Source of the DNA: an uncultured Staphylococcaceae bacterium
Lineage (GTDB): Bacteria > Bacillota_I > Bacilli_A > ML615J-28 > CAG-313
Direction of reading: 5' to 3'
Assembly: GCA_964368275.1 (NCBI GenBank)
Contig: CAYJAQ010000004.1
Coordinates: forward strand, 1-48,506
Length of the DNA: 48,506 nucleotides
Shown here: piece by piece, positions 35,276 through 46,710 of the stretch
Layout: each line of letters starts with the position of its first letter
How positions within the stretch are numbered: position 1 is the stretch's first letter
The notes under the pieces: generated by a model
What the model saw: the letters and a program-made list of their open reading frames with translations, nothing else
Databases searched by the model: none
What the model was told of the DNA's origin: nothing
Translations under genes and position numbers: made by a program

Positions 35276-35292
35276 AATAAAAGGACGACGTT

Positions 35293-38028
35293 ATGAAAGA
35301 ATATAAAGATACATTATTAATGATGAAAACGGATTTTCCGATGCGTGGTAATTTAGGTGTAAACGAACTGCCAATTCAATCCATGTGGGAAAATGAAAAA
35401 ATATATGAAAAAGCCCTTAAGAAAAATGAAAATAAAACGAAGTTTTTCTTACATGATGGTCCACCATATGCTAATGGTAGTATTCATATTGGGCATGCTT
35501 TAAACAAAGTATTAAAAGACTTCATTATTCGTTATAAGACAATGAGTGGCTTTTACGCACCGTATCAACCTGGTTGGGATACACATGGTTTGCCGATTGA
35601 AACAGCCCTTACTAAAAATGCGAAAGTAAATCGTAAAGAAATGAGTGTTGTTGCTTTTCGTCGTTTATGCGAAGAATATGCATTGGAACAAGTTGATATT
35701 CAAAAGAAAGGCTTTCAACGTTTAGGTATTTTAGGTGATTGGCAAGATCCATATATCACCCTAAATAAACATTATGAAGCAGAACAAATTCGGGCATTTG
35801 GTGAAATGGCCAAGAAGGGCCTAATCTTCAAGGGTTTAAAACCCGTTTATTGGTCACCATCATCAGAGACTGCTTTAGCAGAGGCCGAAATTGAATATCA
35901 AGATGTTAAAAGCCCCGCCATTTATGTAGCGTTTAAAGTTGTTGATGGTAAAGATGTCATTTCCAAAGATTGTGAATTAGTTATTTGGACAACAACACCA
36001 TGGACAATTCCCGCTAATTTAGCAATTTGTGCTGGTCCCAATTATGAATATGTTGTAGTTGATGCTAACAGCCGTTATTTCGTTATTGCTAAAGAGTTAT
36101 TAGAAGCTTTTGCTAATGAAGCTGGCTTTGAATCATATACTATATTGAGAACAGTTAAAGGTGCTGATTTAGAAGGAATTACTTATCAACATCCTTTATA
36201 TGATCGCATTTCACCAGTTATTTTAGGTGACCATGTCACTTTAGAAACGGGAACAGGTTTAGTACATACAGCACCTGGTCATGGTGCTGATGACTTCATT
36301 GTTGGTAAAAAATATAATCTTGATATTTTATGCCCAGTTGATGCTCAAGGTCGAATGACTGAAGAAGCGGGCGAATTCGTAGGGTTAACTACCGATGAAT
36401 GTAATAAAGCAATTACTAAACGTTTAGAAGAGGAAAATGCGCTTATTAAATTATCATTTATTACGCACAGTTATCCCCATGATTGGCGTACTAAAAAACC
36501 AATTATTTTTCGGGCTACGCCTCAATGGTTCGCCTCAATTGAAGCTTTTAAAGAAGATATTCTAAAAGCTATTCAAGGAGTAAAATGGGTTCCTTCTTGG
36601 GGTGAATTACGAATTTCTAATATGATTAAAGATCGCCAAGATTGGTGTATATCGCGTCAACGTGTTTGGGGTGTTCCAATCCCTGTGTTTTATGCTGAAG
36701 ATGGCACGCCAATTCTTGATTCTGATGTTATAAACCATGTATCTGATTTATTTGATTTATATGGGTCTAATATTTGGTTTGAGAAAGATGCTAAAGAATT
36801 ATTACCAGTTGGTTATACACATCCTAATAGTCCTAATGGTATATTTACCAAAGAAACTGATATTATGGATGTTTGGTTTGATTCTGGTACTAGCCATCAT
36901 AGTGCCTTACTTCAAAAGTATGGCACATGTTTCGCAGATATCTATTTAGAAGGTTCTGACCAATATCGTGGTTGGTTCAATTCTAGTATATCTACTAGTG
37001 TTGCTTTAACTGGTAAAGCCCCTTATAAGACTGTTATTACGCATGGCTTTTCCCTTGATGGTGAAGGCCGTAAAATGAGTAAATCTTTAGGAAATGTTGT
37101 TGACCCTGTTGGTGTATGCAAAGAATTAGGCGCAGATATTTTCCGCTTATGGGTTGCTAGCACTGATTATCAAGCAGATTTTAGAATTTCCAAGGAAATC
37201 TTAAGTCAAGCGAGTGAAGCATACCGGAAAATCCGAAATACCTTCCGCTTTATGTTAGGTAATTTGTTTGATTTTGATCCGGAAAAAGATAGTTTATCTT
37301 ATCAAGAATTAGGGGAAGTTGATCAGTATATATTGTGTAAAGCTAATGAATTAGTTGCACATGTAATTAATTCATATGAAAAATATGATTTTGCTGATGT
37401 TTATCGGACTATTCTTACTTTTATGACTAATGATTTGTCTTCCTTCTATTTAGATTTCACGAAAGACATTCTTTATATCGAAAAAGCAGATGCTAAATCA
37501 CGTCGTAGTATTCAAACGGTTATTTACAAAGTGCTTATGGCATTATTAGAGCTACTTACCCCAATTTTGCCTCATACCACGGAAGAAGTTTATAGCTATG
37601 TTTTAGGTAAGAAAGTGGAAAGTATCTACTTATGTGATATGCCAGAATCTGTTCAATATGCTAATGCCAATGAACTTATGGCAAAATTTGGGCAATTTAT
37701 GGCATTACGAGATGATATACTAAAAGCGTTAGAAGCAGCTCGCAATGAGAAAATTATTGGCAAGAGCTTTTCCGCTCATGTTACAATATATCCAAATGCT
37801 CGCGTATTAAAAGTGATTAACGCGATGAACTTTAATTTAGCTCAAGTCTTCATTGTTTCAAAATTTACAGTAGCTACTAGCCCTGTTAATGGAACGACCT
37901 ATGAATCTGGCGAAATTTTAGTTGAACCGGCTCAAGGTTCAATCTGCAGTCGTTGTTGGCAAGTTGTTGACCACATAGATGACGATGAATTATGCCCACG
38001 CTGCCATGATATTGTAACAAACAAATAA
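35293..38028 (+). CDS. ileS: Isoleucine--tRNA ligase
   Basis: It has a HIGH motif ([10 protein letters not shown]), KMSKS, and a C-terminal zinc-finger (CSRCW ... CPRCH). Length is 911 aa. Confidence 0.95.
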   Translation: MKEYKDTLLMMKTDFPMRGNLGVNELPIQSMWENEKIYEKALKKNENKTKFFLHDGPPYANGSIHIGHALNKVLKDFIIRYKTMSGFYAPYQPGWDTHGLPIETALTKNAKVNRKEMSVVAFRRLCEEYALEQVDIQKKGFQRLGILGDWQDPYITLNKHYEAEQIRAFGEMAKKGLIFKGLKPVYWSPSSETALAEAEIEYQDVKSPAIYVAFKVVDGKDVISKDCELVIWTTTPWTIPANLAICAGPNYEYVVVDANSRYFVIAKELLEAFANEAGFESYTILRTVKGADLEGITYQHPLYDRISPVILGDHVTLETGTGLVHTAPGHGADDFIVGKKYNLDILCPVDAQGRMTEEAGEFVGLTTDECNKAITKRLEEENALIKLSFITHSYPHDWRTKKPIIFRATPQWFASIEAFKEDILKAIQGVKWVPSWGELRISNMIKDRQDWCISRQRVWGVPIPVFYAEDGTPILDSDVINHVSDLFDLYGSNIWFEKDAKELLPVGYTHPNSPNGIFTKETDIMDVWFDSGTSHHSALLQKYGTCFADIYLEGSDQYRGWFNSSISTSVALTGKAPYKTVITHGFSLDGEGRKMSKSLGNVVDPVGVCKELGADIFRLWVASTDYQADFRISKEILSQASEAYRKIRNTFRFMLGNLFDFDPEKDSLSYQELGEVDQYILCKANELVAHVINSYEKYDFADVYRTILTFMTNDLSSFYLDFTKDILYIEKADAKSRRSIQTVIYKVLMALLELLTPILPHTTEEVYSYVLGKKVESIYLCDMPESVQYANANELMAKFGQFMALRDDILKALEAARNEKIIGKSFSAHVTIYPNARVLKVINAMNFNLAQVFIVSKFTVATSPVNGTTYESGEILVEPAQGSICSRCWQVVDHIDDDELCPRCHDIVTNK

Positions 38029-38050
38029 ATAAGGAAGGTAAGGAATAACG

Positions 38051-38908
38051 ATGCTTATTACAATTCATTTTTTTCGAAAACGTAATTTAGAGCGAATGGA
38101 CTATGAAAAATTAATTAATTATTTTGAAGAACTTGGTAATTGTCGGATTACATCTGATGATGATTGTGTTGAAATAATTTACAATGACGCAGTCTTTGGT
38201 TTTCCTTATCGATTCTTGATTACTAAGCGTTCACGGGTACGAAGCGTTTATAGCTTAAGTGGTGATTACTTTAATATTAATCTTTTAGTTGAAATTCCGG
38301 TATTATTGCCAGCTTTCGTGTCACGTAATATTTTAAAGTTTATTTTAGAACTTTGCCAGCTTTTTGAGTTAGATTTATATTATGATGGTGTAAAAGATAT
38401 TGTACCATTTGATATGGTATCCATGCTTAGTTACTTGGCTCACACTAAAGAAGAATATTTAACAAGTAATCCTGACCAAAAAGTTTACTATATGGAAAGA
38501 GAAAAATTAAATCAAATTTGCAACTTCCAACAAATGAAACCCTATTTACCGGAGAAAATAAAAGCAGAGACACTGATGAATCCGTATATTGTCATGGTAG
38601 ATAGTAATAATCAAGTTGTTTTAAGTGTTCTTTGGAATGCCGGATGTTCGATGATTTTTCCACCATATTTAGATTATGTTCATATTGAAGAAGATGGTGT
38701 GTTGGTGATTGTCCCAGCGACGATATTCATGAAATATGTAGGACGTTATATGACGGAACTAAAAGATTATATTCCTAATCTGCGATTACAAATGCTTCAA
38801 CCTAAGAGTGCCTTGCGTGCTAAGAAGCATCTTCGTAAAGTCCGTAAGGAAACTGTTCCCCAAAATAGTTTTGAAACAATTAGGTTGATTGATCTAGTTG
38901 AAAAATAG
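38051..38908 (+). CDS. Hypothetical protein, no family recognised
   Basis: The ORF encodes 285 aa with a strong AAGGAAGGTAAGGA RBS. It sits 22 nt after ileS and 8 nt before deoC. Confidence 0.6.
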   Translation: MLITIHFFRKRNLERMDYEKLINYFEELGNCRITSDDDCVEIIYNDAVFGFPYRFLITKRSRVRSVYSLSGDYFNINLLVEIPVLLPAFVSRNILKFILELCQLFELDLYYDGVKDIVPFDMVSMLSYLAHTKEEYLTSNPDQKVYYMEREKLNQICNFQQMKPYLPEKIKAETLMNPYIVMVDSNNQVVLSVLWNAGCSMIFPPYLDYVHIEEDGVLVIVPATIFMKYVGRYMTELKDYIPNLRLQMLQPKSALRAKKHLRKVRKETVPQNSFETIRLIDLVEK

Positions 38909-38916
38909 GAGGAAAC

Positions 38917-39579
38917 ATGAAAATTAATAAATTAATCGATCATACAGCATTGAAAGCTGTAGCTACTAAAGATGACATTGAAAAGTTATGTCAAGAAGCC
39001 ATTCAATATGATTTTAAGAGCGTTTGCGTCAATCCAAGTAATGTAGCGCTCGCTGCGAAACTTTTGGAGGGAAGCGATGTTTTAGTATGTACTGTTATTG
39101 GCTTTCCACTAGGGGCTAATACTCCTGAAACCAAAATGCTAGAGACACTAGAAGCTGTGCGAAATGGAGCTGATGAAATTGACATGGTTCAAAATATCGG
39201 CAAAGCTAAAGAACATGATTATAAGTATATTGAAGAAGAAATTAAGATGGTTGTCAGCGCTGCTGGTGGCCGCACTGTAAAAGTTATTCTTGAAACTTGT
39301 TATTTAACGGAAGCTGAAAAAGTTGCGTGCTGTTTAGCTGCTGTGAGAGCCCAAGCTGATTTTGTTAAGACATCAACCGGTTTTGGTACTGGTGGTGCAA
39401 CTGTTAGTGATATTGTCACAATGCGTGCGACCGTTGGCTCGGAAATGGGTGTAAAGGCTAGTGGCGGTATTCGTTCACTTGAAGATGTTGAAGCAATGGT
39501 AAAAGCTGGTGCTACGCGTATTGGGGCATCTAGCGGTGTTGCTATTATGCAAGCAAAGTCTTCTAATGAAGACTACTAG
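38917..39579 (+). CDS. deoC: Deoxyribose-phosphate aldolase
   Basis: Motifs are [17 protein letters not shown], the Schiff-base region DFVKTSTGF, and VKASGGIR. Confidence 0.9.
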   Translation: MKINKLIDHTALKAVATKDDIEKLCQEAIQYDFKSVCVNPSNVALAAKLLEGSDVLVCTVIGFPLGANTPETKMLETLEAVRNGADEIDMVQNIGKAKEHDYKYIEEEIKMVVSAAGGRTVKVILETCYLTEAEKVACCLAAVRAQADFVKTSTGFGTGGATVSDIVTMRATVGSEMGVKASGGIRSLEDVEAMVKAGATRIGASSGVAIMQAKSSNEDY

Positions 39580-39588
39580 GAGGAATTC

Positions 39589-40305
39589 ATGAATCCAACT
39601 CCTCATATTGAAGTTAAAGAAGAAGGCGTTATTGCCAAGACTGTTTTAATGCCTGGTGATCCTTTAAGAGCTAAATATATTGCTGAAACTTTTTTAGAAA
39701 ATCCAGTATTATTTAATCAAGTTCGCGGAATGTTAGGTTATACAGGAACATATAAAGGACATAAGGTTTCCGTTATGGGTAGTGGAATGGGAATGCCAAG
39801 TATTGGTATTTATTCCTATGAACTATTTAGTAATTATCATGTGGAGAATATTATTCGTATTGGTTCATGTGGTGCTTATAATCCCGCTTTAAATCTTTAT
39901 GATGTCATTCTTGCAAATGATGCATATAGTGAATCTTCATTTGCTTTTGCTCAAAATGGGGAAGAGCGTCATCAATTAGCAGCAAGTTCATATCTAAATA
40001 AAGTTATTGAAGAAACAGCTGCTGCTGAAGGGATAAAGATTCATAAGGGTACTATTCATTCTTCTGATGTTTTCTATCATGCCCAAGCTGTCCATGAAAA
40101 ACTATTTAAGGAACTTAAGCTTGAAGCAGTTGAGATGGAATCCTTTGCTTTATTCCATAATGCCAATGTGCTTGGTAAAAATGCAGCTTGTATTTTGACT
40201 GTTTCGGATTCGCTTGTTACTCATCAAGCTACCACTTCAACAGAGCGGCAGTTTGCTTTTGAACAAATGATGAAAATAGCTTTAGAGACAGCTATTAAAC
40301 TTTAA
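39589..40305 (+). CDS. deoD: Purine nucleoside phosphorylase, DeoD type
   Basis: Motifs are TPHI, VLMPGDPLRAKYIAE, GTYKGHKVSVMGSGMGMPS, IRIGSCGA and EMES. Confidence 0.9.
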   Translation: MNPTPHIEVKEEGVIAKTVLMPGDPLRAKYIAETFLENPVLFNQVRGMLGYTGTYKGHKVSVMGSGMGMPSIGIYSYELFSNYHVENIIRIGSCGAYNPALNLYDVILANDAYSESSFAFAQNGEERHQLAASSYLNKVIEETAAAEGIKIHKGTIHSSDVFYHAQAVHEKLFKELKLEAVEMESFALFHNANVLGKNAACILTVSDSLVTHQATTSTERQFAFEQMMKIALETAIKL

Positions 40306-40307
40306 AT

Positions 40308-40329
40308 AAAAGGCCTTTGGCCTTTTTTA
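40308..40329 (+). terminator. Rho-independent terminator
   Basis: AAAAGGCC-TTT-GGCCTTTTTT. Confidence 0.8.
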
Positions 40330-40370
40330 ATAAAATAGAAATAATTGCTAATAATAAGGATGGTGATTAA

Positions 40371-41672
40371 ATGAAAGTATATAAAAAAATAATTAATGGC
40401 TTAAATGTCTATTATATTCCGACAAAAAAGATTAAGACTATTATTAGCGGTATTGTTTTTGAAACTAAGTTAACAAAGAAATATCTGCCTGAAAAAACAT
40501 TGCTTAGTTCACTACTTACTAAAACATGTGATGACATGCCATCGGAACAGGAATATGCATCATATTTACGAAATATGTATGACACTAAAATTAGATCAAA
40601 TAATGCTAAGCGTGGGTTAACACTGCGTACCACTTTTTATGTAGATGTTGTTAACTGTAAATATCTTGATGATGAACAGGATTTATTTGCTAGAGCGATT
40701 GATATGTTGTATAAGACAATAACAAAACCTCTATTTGAAGGTGGACGTTTTGTTGAAACTTTAATTGACAAAGAGAAACGATTATTAAAAGAAGAATTGC
40801 AAAGCCAGTATAATAACAAAATGGTTCTTGTTGTAACCGAATTGATTAAAACGATGTTCAAAGATGAGGAATATGCTATTTATGCGGGTCTAGAAGAAAA
40901 AGATGTTGATAATATTACAATGGAAAGTTTGTTGGCAGCTTACAATGACCTTTTACATAGTAATGCCTATGCTTTTGTAATAGGTGATGTTGATGATAAT
41001 GAAGTTGAAAAAGCCTTTGCTAAACATAGTTTACTAAAGACAATGGTTACTAAACAGCTATACATTGATGAGACACCACTTCCTAAGCAAATCAATGAAT
41101 CTGAACGAATCATTAACAAAGATGCTAATCAATCGATTATCGCAGTGGGGTATCGCAGTGATATTCGCATGAATCATGAACTATATCCAGCTATGCGAGT
41201 CTTTAATGGTATGTTTGGTGGTTATTTTCATTCCTCACTTTTTCAAGAGGTACGCGAAAAGAATAGTTTAGCCTATTATATATATTCTGAATATATTGGC
41301 CAAAAAGGGTTCTTATGTGTTACTTCAGGTATTAATGCGGGTGATTTTGTTAAGGTTAAAGAAATATTAGCAAGTACACTAGCCGACTATCAAAAGGGTA
41401 ATATTACCGAAGAGAATCTTAATATGACTAAAGAAGCTCTCATTAATACGATCATTGAAGCAGAAGACGTCGTTGGCGGAATGATTTCAGCTATCTACAA
41501 GCAAGTAGAATTTCCGGAGTTAGTTGTTGATATTAATGATAAAATTAAGCAAATTAAAAATGTTACAATTGACGATATTGTAAAATGCAGTAAGTCGATT
41601 GTTTTAGACACAACCGTCTTTTTAGAAGGTACAGGCGAAGGGGGCGCGGACGATGAAAGTAGTGAAGAATAG
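40371..41672 (+). CDS. M16-family peptidase homologue lacking the HxxEH zinc motif (YmfF-like, probably non-catalytic subunit)
   Basis: The 433-aa product has the M16 fold pattern (SSLFQEVREKNSLAYYIYS) but no HxxEH. Confidence 0.7.
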   Translation: MKVYKKIINGLNVYYIPTKKIKTIISGIVFETKLTKKYLPEKTLLSSLLTKTCDDMPSEQEYASYLRNMYDTKIRSNNAKRGLTLRTTFYVDVVNCKYLDDEQDLFARAIDMLYKTITKPLFEGGRFVETLIDKEKRLLKEELQSQYNNKMVLVVTELIKTMFKDEEYAIYAGLEEKDVDNITMESLLAAYNDLLHSNAYAFVIGDVDDNEVEKAFAKHSLLKTMVTKQLYIDETPLPKQINESERIINKDANQSIIAVGYRSDIRMNHELYPAMRVFNGMFGGYFHSSLFQEVREKNSLAYYIYSEYIGQKGFLCVTSGINAGDFVKVKEILASTLADYQKGNITEENLNMTKEALINTIIEAEDVVGGMISAIYKQVEFPELVVDINDKIKQIKNVTIDDIVKCSKSIVLDTTVFLEGTGEGGADDESSEE

Positions 41673-42942
41673 ACTTGATGAAACGTATTATGTAGAAGTG
41701 CTTCCTAATGGTTTGACGATTTATTTAGCACCTAAGGCTGATTTTCATAAGACATATGCACTGTTTGCGACAAAATATGGTTCAATCGATAATGAGTTTA
41801 TCCCGCGTAATCAAAACAAGTTTGTTCGCCTTCCATATGGTATTGCCCATTTTCTTGAGCATAAAATGTTTGAAACAACTGATGAAGAAGATATTAATCA
41901 ACAGTTTGCCCGTTTTGGAGCTGACACTAATGCCTATACTAGTTATGATCAAACGGTTTATTTGTTTTCGACTACCCAAAATATTGATCAAGCGATAAAC
42001 TTATTACTTGATTTCGTTCAAACTCCAGCCTATACGAAAGCGACGATTGAAGAAGAAAAGGGAATTATTGAACAAGAACTTTTAATGTACATGGACCGGC
42101 CATCAACAGCAATTATAAATGCTAGTCTTGAATCACTTTATCTTCAAAATGATGCACGTATTGATATTGGAGGTACACCTAAATCAATTCATCAAATAAA
42201 AAAGGCTGATTTAGATTTAGCTTATCAGACTTTCTATCATCCTAGTAATATGTGCTTAGTGGTAGTAGGTAAAGTGGATGTAGAACATTTATTAGAAGTA
42301 ATCAAAAAGAATCAATCCTCAAAAGATTATCCACCGGCTGCTAAGATTAGACGACGCTATTATCTTGAGGATAATCAAATAGTTAAGGCAAAGCACGTGA
42401 TTAAGATGGATATTGAAGTACCTAAAGTATCAATAAATCTAAAACTTGATCTCAATGAGCTTGATGCAACTGCTAAAATAAAAGCTGACTTAGCAATTTC
42501 CGCTCTTATGTATCATGAATTTGATCAAACTGCTGACTTTTACCGAGAACTAGAAAACAAGCAATTAGTGAATAACAGTTTTGAATATGAAGTAATTGTT
42601 GAAGATACGTTTGCTTTTATTAGTATAACTTGTGATACTTATGATTATTACTCACTCGCCGAAGAGATAAAAAACCATTTACTATTAATTCCCAAAATTG
42701 TTATTTCGGAAGCTGAGTTCAAGCAGTATTTACGGGTAACTAAAGCTGAATACATCCGTCATTTCAATTCAATTGATTTTTTTGCGGGGATGATAGTCGA
42801 TGCTCATTTTGCTAACATCGATGTATTTGCGGAAAATGCAATAATTGATTCTCTTACATTAGCAGATGTTGAAGACGCCAAATGTCATTTTACCTCTAAT
42901 GCTATTTCAGTTGTTGAAATAGTTCCTAAAAAACATAAGTAA
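41653..42942 (+). CDS. M16-family zinc peptidase (YmfH-like) with an intact HxxEH
   Basis: It has the GIAHFLEHKMF zinc-binding motif. It overlaps the upstream paralogue by 20 nt. Confidence 0.8.
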   Translation: MKVVKNRLDETYYVEVLPNGLTIYLAPKADFHKTYALFATKYGSIDNEFIPRNQNKFVRLPYGIAHFLEHKMFETTDEEDINQQFARFGADTNAYTSYDQTVYLFSTTQNIDQAINLLLDFVQTPAYTKATIEEEKGIIEQELLMYMDRPSTAIINASLESLYLQNDARIDIGGTPKSIHQIKKADLDLAYQTFYHPSNMCLVVVGKVDVEHLLEVIKKNQSSKDYPPAAKIRRRYYLEDNQIVKAKHVIKMDIEVPKVSINLKLDLNELDATAKIKADLAISALMYHEFDQTADFYRELENKQLVNNSFEYEVIVEDTFAFISITCDTYDYYSLAEEIKNHLLLIPKIVISEAEFKQYLRVTKAEYIRHFNSIDFFAGMIVDAHFANIDVFAENAIIDSLTLADVEDAKCHFTSNAISVVEIVPKKHK

Positions 42943-42954
42943 TATTATACAATC

Positions 42955-42986
42955 AAAAAGCCAAGAGTGACTCTTGACTTTTTTTG
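42955..42986. terminator. Bidirectional terminator between convergent M16 and gerC genes
   Basis: AAAAAGC-CAAGAG-TGA-CTCTTG-AC-TTTTTTT. Confidence 0.7.
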
Positions 42987-43016
42987 TAAGCAATTAGAAA
43001 TGGTGTTAATTTTACC

Positions 43017-44075
43017 TTATTTTATATACACAGTAAAATTGTAATCAGTTTTAACATAAAAAGTGGCTAAATCGGCCATTTTTGAACCTTTTATGTCATT
43101 TAAATACATAACGTTGAAAATATCAACATTATCCTCAGCTAATTGCTTACGCATATCTTCTAACTTAGTTTGGACTGAATTTGCTAGCATTTGCTTTATT
43201 TGCTCTTCAGTCAAATGATCAGGATTACTAGTAATGGAAGCTTCCATGTCAATATTAACCACTAAAATATCTTTATCCAGATGTTTTTCAATGTTATATT
43301 CTTTTAGATAAATGGTTGTGTTCTCAATTTTTAGGGGAACTGATTCGAAATTATTAATATAGTTCATACCATCTAGGTTCTTAAAGCTATACATTGATAG
43401 GGCTAAATCGTTCTTTAAGAAACCATAGCCGGATACTTCTAGGGTTATGTAGAATTCTTTTTCTTTTTTAAACACATCTTTATTTACTGAAAGAATAGGA
43501 TACTTGTAAAAACGCTTAGGCAGCAATATGTCATTAGCAAGATCAAAATAAGTGGCAACTTGATGAGTGTGGTTAACTTTTTTGCCTGTAATTATGGTAT
43601 AAAAAGCAGTGATATCTGACATATTTTGAACTTGATATATATCTGCTAGTTTATCAGATGTAACAAATATTTCAAAAGTGGGATAATGATGAGGACTATT
43701 CTTAAATAATTCATAGGCTACAATAACATTGTGGCCGCTAAAGAAGCGTTCTGTGAAAATAACTGTTTTTACGTGATGGAGATCTAAAATAATGTCAGAA
43801 TTGCTGTCAATCTTTTCAATTGCATCAGCTATTGATGGACCGCGACCAATCGCTGTGAAACCTAAGGTCGAAGGCTCAGCTGTTCCAAGAGCAATATGTG
43901 AGAAATTGAGATTATTGATAATGTAGAACGTCACCTCGTATTCTAGCGTATCAATGTCGTAGTCAAGGCCAATACTAGCCACAAAAGTTATTTCATGAAT
44001 TTCAATATAATCATTACAGCCGCTTAATAGAATGCTTAAGATACTGATGAATAAAACTAAGAAGAACTTTCTCAT
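43017..44075 (-). CDS. Ger(x)C-family spore germination lipoprotein
   Basis: It has the lipobox LLSGC, is 352 aa, and is the last gene of the ger operon. It shows a TAATG overlap with the upstream gene. Confidence 0.8.
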   Translation of the reverse strand: MRKFFLVLFISILSILLSGCNDYIEIHEITFVASIGLDYDIDTLEYEVTFYIINNLNFSHIALGTAEPSTLGFTAIGRGPSIADAIEKIDSNSDIILDLHHVKTVIFTERFFSGHNVIVAYELFKNSPHHYPTFEIFVTSDKLADIYQVQNMSDITAFYTIITGKKVNHTHQVATYFDLANDILLPKRFYKYPILSVNKDVFKKEKEFYITLEVSGYGFLKNDLALSMYSFKNLDGMNYINNFESVPLKIENTTIYLKEYNIEKHLDKDILVVNIDMEASITSNPDHLTEEQIKQMLANSVQTKLEDMRKQLAEDNVDIFNVMYLNDIKGSKMADLATFYVKTDYNFTVYIK

Positions 44076-45430
44076 TATTTATCACCACCTATTCGTGGCT
44101 TAAAGAAGCTTTTAATACCTTTTATGGATATTGGTGAAGCAGGGTACAAATATGATAGATCAAAAGAATTGATCGAGCATAGATAGGTTACTACAATCAC
44201 GCTAGACGTGAAGAAGCCGTATAAGCCAAACATATATGATGCAACTAAAATGAATAGACGCATTATTGAAAGGGCAGTAATAAGGTGGGGATTATTGGAA
44301 AAGGCATAACTAGCAAGATAGCATAAAGCTGTAACAAGTAGTACTAAAGCCCCAATTAAGCCACTGTTGACAGCGTTTTGACCAATAAATAATCCACCGA
44401 GGATAACAATTATATTTTGAACATAAGTTGAAGATGAGCGACTACTAGCAAAACGATAAAATTCGAAGAGTAATAGAATAATTATAATCTCTAGAAACAT
44501 CGGTAAGGTTGTTCCTCGTTCGGTTAGTTTTATATTAACTAGGAGTGATAAAGTAAGGGTGTTAGTATGATAGTTAACAATAGCCATGAATAACCCTAAG
44601 ATAAAAATAGAAATAATAAAAAAGATTAACATGAAAATACGCGTAGGAATAGCATAAAAACCAGGAGTTCCTATTTCATCTTTCATGGTTGAAAAGTATG
44701 AAAGATTTACGGGCACAATTAAGGCTGTTGGCGAATTATCGAGGATAACACCAATACGGCCTTGGGAAAGTGAGTGACAAAATGTTTCAGGTGAGCCAGT
44801 GTTTAGAACCGTAGGCATAAAACGACTAACCTGAAAAACACCACTAATAGTGTTAATGGAAATAGCTACATCGGGAGTAATACTATTAATGCGCTCTACG
44901 ACTTCTGCTAAATGCTTATCATGTTCTTTTAGACAGGTAATATAAACAATATTTTTACCTTTCTCACCTATTTCTAATCTTTTTACTATTAAGTCATTAG
45001 TCTTTAACCGTTTTCTTACTAATGCTATATTGATTTTAGCATCTTCAATAAAGCCATCCTGTGAAGCAAAGAGATTTAGAGGGTCTAGTACACTACTAGA
45101 AATACTGCGTAGAGGCTTTTTTTGGAGATTAACTTTGTAAAAATACTTCTCGTCAATCGCAAAAACAATCATTCCATTATAGATACAATTACTAATATGA
45201 TCTGTGCTAGTATCATTCAATACTTCAATTGTACCGGGGTTTTCGGTAGCAAGACTTCGGTAGTTTGATTTATTAATCTTTTCGAAAAAAAACTTATTAA
45301 ATTCCCCAATCTCAGTCATGCTTTCTAAATAAATAAAAATAAATTGGTGCTTTAAATGCTCAAAGGAAATAACATTAGTATCAGCACTATTGGCATAATC
45401 GTCTTTAATTCGTTTTAGAAACAAGCCCAT
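44075..45430 (-). CDS. GerA-family spore germination protein (A subunit)
   Basis: The 451-aa product has a soluble N-terminal domain and a C-terminal block of about 5 TM helices. AGGAG lies 7 nt upstream. Confidence 0.8.
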   Translation of the reverse strand: MGLFLKRIKDDYANSADTNVISFEHLKHQFIFIYLESMTEIGEFNKFFFEKINKSNYRSLATENPGTIEVLNDTSTDHISNCIYNGMIVFAIDEKYFYKVNLQKKPLRSISSSVLDPLNLFASQDGFIEDAKINIALVRKRLKTNDLIVKRLEIGEKGKNIVYITCLKEHDKHLAEVVERINSITPDVAISINTISGVFQVSRFMPTVLNTGSPETFCHSLSQGRIGVILDNSPTALIVPVNLSYFSTMKDEIGTPGFYAIPTRIFMLIFFIISIFILGLFMAIVNYHTNTLTLSLLVNIKLTERGTTLPMFLEIIIILLLFEFYRFASSRSSSTYVQNIIVILGGLFIGQNAVNSGLIGALVLLVTALCYLASYAFSNNPHLITALSIMRLFILVASYMFGLYGFFTSSVIVVTYLCSINSFDLSYLYPASPISIKGIKSFFKPRIGGDK

Positions 45431-46457
45431 TTTCGTTCTCCTTTTTAATAAATTGGTAACTTACAATAATTATGTAGATTAAAATAATTGTACAAGCTGC
45501 TACTATAAACAGAGGCTTAATTATTTTTTGATCTTTGATTAAAATAATACAGCCACAAATAGCGAAAAACGCTGTCATAATTGCCATAGTAATACCCATC
45601 TTCTTAGGAAATAATCCTTTACATAAAATTAAGTAAAGGCTACCTTTATATAGGAGTGTTACCATTAATAAGCTAAGTAAAATGATGTCAAAGTGATCAA
45701 TATAGCGTTTACCACCATGCATAAAGTAGCGTTGAATTGATGGTAAAAAGATATTGTCAAAGTACTGATAGTTAAACATTACATAATTATCAACAATTTG
45801 AATAATCACGTGAAAAGCGATAAATAGCACACTATATATTAGAACCTTTCTCGAAAGTGGTTTTTGAAAATTCTCATCACATAAAACATAAATAAAACCA
45901 TCTAGTAAAATCATTAACAAGATTAAAATACTAAAGATGTTACTCGCAACAAATTCCATATTGGGATAGTCAATTGGCAGTAATAAAGAAAAATCATGAC
46001 GCAAAACCGTTTCAATAGTAATAGCAATAGTAGCTATGAAACTAACTGAAAGAATAATACCTGTCTTAATAAGCGTATTATTCGTAAAAAGTGATAACCC
46101 CGCGATTAGTAAACTACTAGCAATGATGAAGACATAAATAGAAGTTTTATCATAAAACCAAGTAGATATAATTACTGAACTATAAAAAATTAGAATTACG
46201 ATAGAAAGAAATGCATAAATAATAAATATCGTACGAAATAATTTGTTGCTTTTAAGTTTTACTTTCTGAGCTTTTGTTAATGGCTTATAAAATAATATTA
46301 AAATAATCGCAATAGGTAAAACAATTAGCGGAATCATCCAAGCTGATTTACCGGTGTTTTGCATAATTAATGAAGTAACACTTATGCCTGCTGTATTGGT
46401 ACTGTATATTGCTATTAAAATAAATAACATTATATTTGAAGATAAACTTTTTCTCAT
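45405..46457 (-). CDS. GerAB/ArcD/ProY-type spore germination permease (B subunit)
   Basis: It is a roughly 10-TM APC-like protein. I prefer the start ATG at 46457, which has a GAGGTG SD, over the track start at 46469, which has none. Confidence 0.75.
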   Translation of the reverse strand: MRKSLSSNIMLFILIAIYSTNTAGISVTSLIMQNTGKSAWMIPLIVLPIAIILILFYKPLTKAQKVKLKSNKLFRTIFIIYAFLSIVILIFYSSVIISTWFYDKTSIYVFIIASSLLIAGLSLFTNNTLIKTGIILSVSFIATIAITIETVLRHDFSLLLPIDYPNMEFVASNIFSILILLMILLDGFIYVLCDENFQKPLSRKVLIYSVLFIAFHVIIQIVDNYVMFNYQYFDNIFLPSIQRYFMHGGKRYIDHFDIILLSLLMVTLLYKGSLYLILCKGLFPKKMGITMAIMTAFFAICGCIILIKDQKIIKPLFIVAACTIILIYIIIVSYQFIKKENENGLVSKTN

Positions 46458-46710
46458 AGCACACCTCATTTTTATTTTATTATTACCTATAATAATGAAA
46501 AAATACTTATTATACCTATATTACTGTTTTTTTGCAATCTTAGTAAAAGGCAAATCATCTTTTAAAATGCTGCCTAGACAATATGACTATTTTTGATAAT
46601 AATCTGTTGTGAGAATACTGAATATTTAAAATAAGGCTTTTGCTTATTTGCTTTACTTTTGGTATAATGACAATGCAACTCATTAATAGAAAAAGTAGAG
46701 AGGAGGTAAG

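Noticed and set aside
35276-35292. T-box leader upstream of ileS
   Set aside because: Only 17 nt separate yggT from ileS, which leaves no room for a roughly 200-nt T-box. ileS appears co-transcribed with the ylm genes.
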